From IMG/VR virus record IMGVR_UViG_3300011128_000204, positions 1-50,135 of that record: 50,135 nucleotides of DNA. The stretch is one strand, 5' to 3'. The DNA comes from a virus (Duplodnaviria > Caudoviricetes). Within the stretch, counting starts at the first letter, position 1; each line of letters begins with the position of its first letter. Positions 44,864 through 50,135 of this stretch are shown piece by piece. A program made the translations under genes and the position numbers. The notes beneath the pieces are model-generated. The model was not told where the DNA came from. It worked only from the letters and a program-made list of their open reading frames with translations, and did no database searches.

Positions 44864-45427
44864 GTGGCAGCTATTAGCGGATGGGGCAGAGGTACTTGGG
44901 GCGAAGCTGGATGGGGTGAAACAATCCCAGTCACTGTCACGGGTGTCGCAGGCACTTCGGCTATCGGGTCTGTCACAGTTTCGGCAGCGGCTGATGTTAC
45001 CCCTACAGGCGTTGTCGGTACGGGCGCGGTCACTACAGTCACGGTTGATGCCGAAGCAAATGTTGCCGTCACGGGAGTTGTTGGCACGGGCGCGGTCACT
45101 ACCGTCACTGTGGATGCTGCGGCTAATGTTTCGGTTACAGGCGTTGCGGGGACAGGTGCAATTGGCACAGTCATTCCCGTATCAAACAACACTCTGGCTG
45201 TCACAGGGGTACAAGGAGTCGGTGGAGTCGGTACGGTATCGACTACAGCCGATGCGAACGTTGACGTTATTGGCGTTAGTGGTACTGGCGCAAGTGGTCC
45301 GTCAAATGTATGGGGTCTTATCATCCCTGGTCAAACAACAACTTGGTCGGCTGTCTCAGACAGTCAAACGCCAAACTGGTCGGCTGTTTCAGACAGTCAG
45401 ACTCCTAATTGGGAAGAGGTAGCATAA
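44864..45427 (+). CDS. Fibre-like protein with V/T/G repeats
   Basis: GWGRGTWG N-terminus; about 24-aa VTGV.GT.A.G.VTV repeats; WSAVSDSQTPN x2. Confidence 0.8.
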   Translation: MAAISGWGRGTWGEAGWGETIPVTVTGVAGTSAIGSVTVSAAADVTPTGVVGTGAVTTVTVDAEANVAVTGVVGTGAVTTVTVDAAANVSVTGVAGTGAIGTVIPVSNNTLAVTGVQGVGGVGTVSTTADANVDVIGVSGTGASGPSNVWGLIIPGQTTTWSAVSDSQTPNWSAVSDSQTPNWEEVA

Positions 45428-45428
45428 A

Positions 45429-48050
45429 ATGGCAACTTACGTTAATGATTTACGCTTAAAAGAGATTGCCACTGGCGATGAAGCGGGTACTTGGGGAACG
45501 AGTACAAACACAAACCTAGAGCTTATTGCAGAGGCAATGGGTGTCGGTGCAGAAGCTGTAGCTGACGCTAGTACGCATACCATCACAATGGCAGACGGCG
45601 CGACTGACCAGTTTAGAAGCACCTTCTTACGCCTAACAGGTGGTGGTCAGGCTTGTACGGTAACACTGGCCCCCAATACGCTATCTCATACATGGATCAT
45701 GCGTAACGAAACTGCTGCCGCTTTAACGCTTACACAAGGCTCTGGCGCAAACGTGGTTATTGCTGCTGGTCAAACTAAGATTGTAGCTACCGATGGTGCA
45801 GGATCAGGCGCAGTTGTCTATGAGATGGACGATCTTGAGTTAGCGGGTAATCTTATTGTTGCAGGAACTGTTGCAGCAGACATGACCTTTGCAGACGGTG
45901 CAGACATCATCACCGCGTCAGCAGGAACGTCTAACACCCGTATAGGTGTCAACGCAGGTAACAGCATTGAGTCTGGCGGCAACTACAACGTGGTCGTGGG
46001 CGATGAAGCAGGTACGGCTTTGACTACGGGTGATTCAAATACATTTGTAGGTTATGCCGCAGGAGATGCTACTACAACAGCGGGTAATAACACAGCAGTT
46101 GGTGGCTCGGCTTTAACAACAAACACCACGGGTGTTGATAACAACGCTTTTGGACAAGGAGCTTTGACTGCAAATACAACAGGTACAAATAATGTTGCTA
46201 TGGGACGCTTGGCGGGAACTACAAACACAACTGGAGCTAATAATGTTGCGGTGGGACATGTAGCATTACGAATGAACACTACAGGTGCTTCAAACGTAGC
46301 TATAGGTTCTCTAGCTTTAGACGCAAACACCACCGCAGATAATAACACAGCAGTTGGTTACGCTGCTGGAACCGCAGTCACCACGGGAGAGCAGAACACT
46401 CTCCTCGGTGCTCTTGCAGGTGATGCCCTAACTGACGCAGATAAAAATATTGCTATTGGCTACAACGCACTAACGGCAGATACTTTGGGGTCAAGAAGTG
46501 TTGCTATTGGCGTAAGCGCTTTAGGAGCGCAAAACTTTACTACGGCAACCTCCACTTACAATGTTGGTGTTGGGCATAACGCAGGTGCTCTAATCACCAC
46601 GGGAGTCCATAACACCTTGATTGGAGCCACTGCTGGTGATGCTCTTACTGCTGGGGGAAGCAATACCGTTTTAGGTAGGGATGCGCTTAGTGCAGACACT
46701 CTTGGAAGCAGAGCCGTTGCTATTGGTGAAGCAGCTTTACAATCACAAAACTTCACTACTGCGACTGAACACTACAATGTAGCTGTTGGCTACGCAGCAG
46801 GTGCGTCAGTCACCACGGGAACACTTAACACCTTAATTGGCGGTCTTGCAGGCGATGCTCTGACTGATGCAGACCGAAACACGGCTTTAGGGCGTTCAGC
46901 ACTAACTACAGACACTCTTGGTTCAAGGTCAGTTGCGGTAGGCTATGGTGTTTTACAGGATCAAAATTTCACTACGGCTACGAATTCTTACAACACCGCT
47001 GTGGGATACGATGCAGGTGCGTCAGTCACCACGGGAACACTTAACACGTTCATTGGTGGTTTGGCAGGTGATGCTTTTACAGATGCTGATGCTAACATAG
47101 CAGTAGGTCATCAGAGTTTAACTTCAGATACTTTGGGTAGTCACTCAATTGGTATAGGATTTCAAGCATTAACAACTCAAAACTTTACTACGGCTACAAA
47201 TGTTTACAACACCGCAGTTGGCTCTTTTGCAGGGAGGCTAATCACTACGGGCGTAGAAAATACTATTATTGGTGGCCTTGCAGGTGATGCTCTTACGGAT
47301 GCTGATTACAATGTTGCTATGGGCAGTTCAGCATTGAGTTCAGATACTAAAGGGGGCAGTTCAACTGCTATTGGTTATCAAGCCTTATTGACTCAAAACT
47401 TCACTACGACTACAGACGCTTACAACGTGGCGGTTGGACGTAATGCAGGTGTATCAGTCACCACGGGCGTTAACAACACCCTAATCGGTGGTAAAGCTGG
47501 TGGCTCTATTACATCTGGCGCTAATAATTTATGCCTTGGTAAAGACGCAGGTCTTACAGGAAGTCCCGGCGGCAACATTACTACGCACAGTAATAATGTA
47601 ATTCTTGGTGATGAAAATATTGCTGCTATTTATGCTCAAGTACAGACTATTTCAGCATCTGACGAGCGGGATAAAACTGACTTCACAGACCTAGACCTTG
47701 GCCTAGACTTTGTAAAAGCCCTAGCACCTGTTACCTATAAGTGGGACAAGCGATCTAAGTACGGCGATAAGGCTGCTGATGATTATGATTTATTAGCTCA
47801 AACTCCAGACGGTACTCACAAAGAAGATTGGTTGGACATTGGTTTTAAAGCACAAGAAGTTATAGCTCTTGAAGAAGCTGCTGGATATAAAATTTCTGAC
47901 AAGACAAACCTTGTATCAAATCTAACTGAGGACGGTAAACAGTACGGGTTACAGTATGAAAATTTTGTACCAATCCTTGTCAAAGCCATCCAAGAACAAA
48001 GCGCACTAATCACAGCACTAACAGACCGTATAACGGCACTAGAAGGATAA
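45429..48050 (+). CDS. Tail fibre / receptor-binding protein with YadA-like repeats and peptidase S74 chaperone
   Basis: GTWGTSTNTNL anchor; ~14-aa NxAxGxxAL repeats; SDERDK...GFKAQE...LVKAIQE. Confidence 0.88.
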   Translation: MATYVNDLRLKEIATGDEAGTWGTSTNTNLELIAEAMGVGAEAVADASTHTITMADGATDQFRSTFLRLTGGGQACTVTLAPNTLSHTWIMRNETAAALTLTQGSGANVVIAAGQTKIVATDGAGSGAVVYEMDDLELAGNLIVAGTVAADMTFADGADIITASAGTSNTRIGVNAGNSIESGGNYNVVVGDEAGTALTTGDSNTFVGYAAGDATTTAGNNTAVGGSALTTNTTGVDNNAFGQGALTANTTGTNNVAMGRLAGTTNTTGANNVAVGHVALRMNTTGASNVAIGSLALDANTTADNNTAVGYAAGTAVTTGEQNTLLGALAGDALTDADKNIAIGYNALTADTLGSRSVAIGVSALGAQNFTTATSTYNVGVGHNAGALITTGVHNTLIGATAGDALTAGGSNTVLGRDALSADTLGSRAVAIGEAALQSQNFTTATEHYNVAVGYAAGASVTTGTLNTLIGGLAGDALTDADRNTALGRSALTTDTLGSRSVAVGYGVLQDQNFTTATNSYNTAVGYDAGASVTTGTLNTFIGGLAGDAFTDADANIAVGHQSLTSDTLGSHSIGIGFQALTTQNFTTATNVYNTAVGSFAGRLITTGVENTIIGGLAGDALTDADYNVAMGSSALSSDTKGGSSTAIGYQALLTQNFTTTTDAYNVAVGRNAGVSVTTGVNNTLIGGKAGGSITSGANNLCLGKDAGLTGSPGGNITTHSNNVILGDENIAAIYAQVQTISASDERDKTDFTDLDLGLDFVKALAPVTYKWDKRSKYGDKAADDYDLLAQTPDGTHKEDWLDIGFKAQEVIALEEAAGYKISDKTNLVSNLTEDGKQYGLQYENFVPILVKAIQEQSALITALTDRITALEG

Positions 48051-48054
48051 ACCA

Positions 48055-48306
48055 ATGACCAGAGAAGCAGATCAAATCGCACAAGACTACTCAGCAATGC
48101 TAGGTAGCGTAAACGTAATTGAAAGCGTTCTGGATGCAAACAATGAGTTTGGCAACGACTTGACCAACACTGAAAAGCAGGAACGTATTCTGCGTAGCTG
48201 TGGTTATCTTGAGCAGATGGTAGCCTTAGATGATTGGGGTTCTGAGGATATGTCTACAGTCAACGCAGCCATAAAAACTGCAAACGCATACGACCCTGCT
48301 GCCTAA
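48055..48306 (+). CDS. Hypothetical protein downstream of the tail fibre
   Basis: 83 aa, AAGGA RBS. Confidence 0.75.
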   Translation: MTREADQIAQDYSAMLGSVNVIESVLDANNEFGNDLTNTEKQERILRSCGYLEQMVALDDWGSEDMSTVNAAIKTANAYDPAA

Positions 48307-49007
48307 TGGATGAAGTCCAGTACCGTATGATGCCGTTACCGTCATTGTTTTTGATGGAAACGACTGTGCCTGACTATATGGTTACAAGCATCAATGACTA
48401 CTTAGATGAGTTAATGCACCAGAATGACCGTATTTCTGCTGCACATACTCTGGTAGGCCAGATCGGTAATGGCGAACAGCTTGTAATGGATCACGAAGAT
48501 GGTCGTTTAGCAGAGTTTTCCCAGTTCTTAACGAGCATGGGTGCCGAGTACGTCAGTGCGTTTATGGCTAACACGGGTCAGCAATTAGATGGTAACCGTA
48601 ACGTAGAAATGGATGAGCTTTGGTCAGTGCATTCTTATGCTGGCGATTACAATCCGATCCACGATCACGGCACCAAAACCATTATGGGCGTTAGCTGTAC
48701 AACGTGGACTAAGGTGCCAGAACAGATCCTAGCTCAACCTGCGGCGGGTAGTGAGTCATACAATTTATACAACGCCTCTGGCGCGTCTGACGGGTATCTT
48801 TGCTTTAACTACGGGCAAAGTGCCACATGGGACAAAGAACGCCTTAAACCTACGCAGAACGTGGTTATGAAGCCCGAAGTAGGTAAGTTATTATTCTTTC
48901 CGAGTTGGCTGCAACACATGGTCTATCCCTTTCAAGGTGAAGGTGAGCGCCGTACCGTAGCAGCTAACTTAAACTGCTGGCCCGTGCAGCAAGAGCAACC
49001 ACACTAA
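48306..49007 (+). CDS. Putative 2OG-Fe(II) oxygenase
   Basis: GDYNPIHDH...PEVGKLLFFPSWLQHMVYPF...RRTVAAN (HxH..H..R). Confidence 0.85.
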   Translation: MDEVQYRMMPLPSLFLMETTVPDYMVTSINDYLDELMHQNDRISAAHTLVGQIGNGEQLVMDHEDGRLAEFSQFLTSMGAEYVSAFMANTGQQLDGNRNVEMDELWSVHSYAGDYNPIHDHGTKTIMGVSCTTWTKVPEQILAQPAAGSESYNLYNASGASDGYLCFNYGQSATWDKERLKPTQNVVMKPEVGKLLFFPSWLQHMVYPFQGEGERRTVAANLNCWPVQQEQPH

Positions 49008-49015
49008 GGATTAAC

Positions 49016-49237
49016 ATGAGCGAAGAAAACACAGTAACAATCAATGACGAGCAGTATGACTTTGAAGGTCTGGCTGTAGAGACTCAGGCAAACATAGCCC
49101 GTGTAAACGAGTTACGCCGTGAAGTAGCTTCGCTACAGATGCAGATTAGTGAGCGCCAAGCATTGCTTCAAATGTACATTGCCGCGATTACTGAGTCTGT
49201 TAAGCCCGTAGAAGAATCTGAAGAAGAGGCAAGCTAA
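49016..49237 (+). CDS. Small coiled-coil protein
   Basis: VTINDEQY followed by heptads; TAAGGA RBS. Confidence 0.75.
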   Translation: MSEENTVTINDEQYDFEGLAVETQANIARVNELRREVASLQMQISERQALLQMYIAAITESVKPVEESEEEAS

Positions 49238-49398
49238 TGGAATTAATTGAAGTTATAACAACTCTGACTACATTGTCGGTAATAGCCAGTGCCATTTGTG
49301 CTGCTACACCTACACCCAAAGATGATGCCTTCTTTGCTAAATGGATATACCCCGTAGTTGAAGCACTAGCTTTAAATATCGGTAAGGCCAAGGAATAG
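49237..49398 (+). CDS. Small membrane protein, holin-like (53 aa, not in the ORF track)
   Basis: Manual translation MELIEVITTLTTLSVIASAICAATPTPKDDAFFAKWIYPVVEALALNIGKAKE; overlaps both neighbours by 1 nt. Confidence 0.7.
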   Translation: MELIEVITTLTTLSVIASAICAATPTPKDDAFFAKWIYPVVEALALNIGKAKE

Positions 49399-49601
49399 TG
49401 ACGGCACAGCGACCTACGGTAAAAGATGCTCTCGCTGAGATTGGCGCACACGAAAGAGAATGCGCGATCAGATATGAAAACATTGAAAAGCGTTTGGAGT
49501 CTGGGTCTAAGAGGTTCGACAGGATCGAACACTTAATTTACGGTATTTACATTCTTGTTCTAGGGTCGGTTTTAGTGCCGATATTGCTATCTATGAGGTA
49601 G
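49398..49601 (+). CDS. Coiled coil plus C-terminal transmembrane protein (XhlA/holin-like)
   Basis: HERECAIRY..IEKRL...RFDRIE followed by a hydrophobic helix. Confidence 0.7.
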   Translation: MTAQRPTVKDALAEIGAHERECAIRYENIEKRLESGSKRFDRIEHLIYGIYILVLGSVLVPILLSMR

Positions 49602-49604
49602 AAA

Positions 49605-50044
49605 ATGATTGCAGAAATCTCCGCGATTGTGGCTGGGGTCAACATGGCGACATCCGCAATCAAAAAAGCAGCAAGTACAGCGGATGATTTAAGCACCATA
49701 GGAACCTTTCTCAGCAAGCTGGGTGGGGCTGAAGTAGAACTGGCTAAGGCTCAGAACGCTGGCGGTTTGTCAGAAGCTGACGCGGTTAAGGCTGCGCTGG
49801 CGCGTAAGCAAATTGCAGAGACAATGCAGGAAGTTAAAGACCTGTTTGTTATGAGCGGCAATGGTCATTTGTATCAGCAGTGTATGCAGGAAATGGCTAA
49901 TGCTCGAAAGGCAAAGCAAGAAGAGTTAGCTAGGGCTACGGCAAAGAATAAAAAGTTCTGGAAAGATATGCGCCAGATTGGGATGCTTGTCTTGCTGGTT
50001 CTTGTCTTAGTACCCGCTGCTGTAGGCGCATTATTGGCTTATTT
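49605..50044 (+). CDS. Hypothetical membrane-anchored protein, 3' end replaced by adapter
   Basis: Helical ORF with a TM segment; the last ~26 codons in the ORF track are adapter-derived. Confidence 0.7.
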
Positions 50045-50117
50045 AGATCGGAAGAGCACACGTCTGAACTCCAGTCACCTTGTAATCTCGTATGCCGTCT
50101 TCTGCTTGAAAAAAAAA
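50045..50117 (+). other. Illumina TruSeq indexed adapter (index CTTGTA) plus poly-A read-through: artefact
   Basis: AGATCGGAAGAGCACACGTCTGAACTCCAGTCAC-CTTGTA-ATCTCGTATGCCGTCTTCTGCTTG-A9. Confidence 0.99.
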
Positions 50118-50135
50118 CATTAATCGTGACATTAT

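Larger units (their letters stand above)
1..50044. mobile_element. Tailed dsDNA phage genome fragment (podovirus-like, no integrase seen)
   Basis: TerS, TerL, portal, scaffold, major capsid, tail fibre, ejection proteins and primase-helicase; dense phage gene packing; no cellular housekeeping genes; no tape-measure or sheath gene recognised. Confidence 0.97.

Noticed and set aside
44731-45422. Long alternate ORFs (44862 plus strand, 44731 minus strand) as overlapping genes
   Set aside because: Explained by stop-poor Val/Thr/Gly codon repeats of ORF 44864; no protein motifs, unlike the MTase nested ORF
45429-48050. Diversity-generating retroelement targeting the tail fibre
   Set aside because: No reverse transcriptase and no non-coding template repeat with adenine-specific differences; the repeats are in-frame coding units
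1-50044. tRNA genes, integrase/att sites, or stop-codon reassignment
   Set aside because: No tRNA cloverleaf or recombinase ORF noticed by eye (tRNAscan not run); TAA, TAG and TGA all end well-packed genes

Overview
Partial genome (about 50 kb, starting and ending inside the tail/lysis module) of a tailed dsDNA bacteriophage with podovirus-like organisation, resembling uncultured marine phages. The host and exact taxon cannot be determined from sequence alone. Layout: 1-10996 (+) tail-hub gene end, small basic proteins, three ejection/internal-virion proteins and a DUF1064 nuclease. 10993-17636 (-) recombination/replication genes (Cas4-like exonuclease, SF2 helicase, SSB, Sak4-like ATPase). 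17788-22582 (+) primase-helicase, small genes, an iteron-rich ori/pac-like region and TerS. 22579-27986 (-) early genes, including a two-frame C5 methyltransferase and a GP88-like protein. 28361-50044 (+) TerL, portal, GroES, scaffold, major capsid, neck/tail proteins, tail fibre, 2OG-Fe(II) oxygenase and holin-like genes. 50045-50135 is Illumina adapter contamination. No DNA polymerase, RNA polymerase, integrase, tRNA or CRISPR array was recognised. Most interesting signals: (1) a duplicated, covarying pseudoknotted RNA with partial HDV-ribozyme-like features flanking a small ORF downstream of SSB; (2) a short [FYMK]-x-x-G-G peptide tag shared by at least 7 otherwise unrelated late proteins, with a candidate reader domain and a candidate HExxH protease; (3) a near-perfect bacterial parS site right after the capsid gene with no phage ParB, plus IHF sites and a Xer-like site; (4) a methyltransferase whose motif IX is encoded by a nested out-of-frame gene. 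All family assignments come from motif recognition, not database searches.
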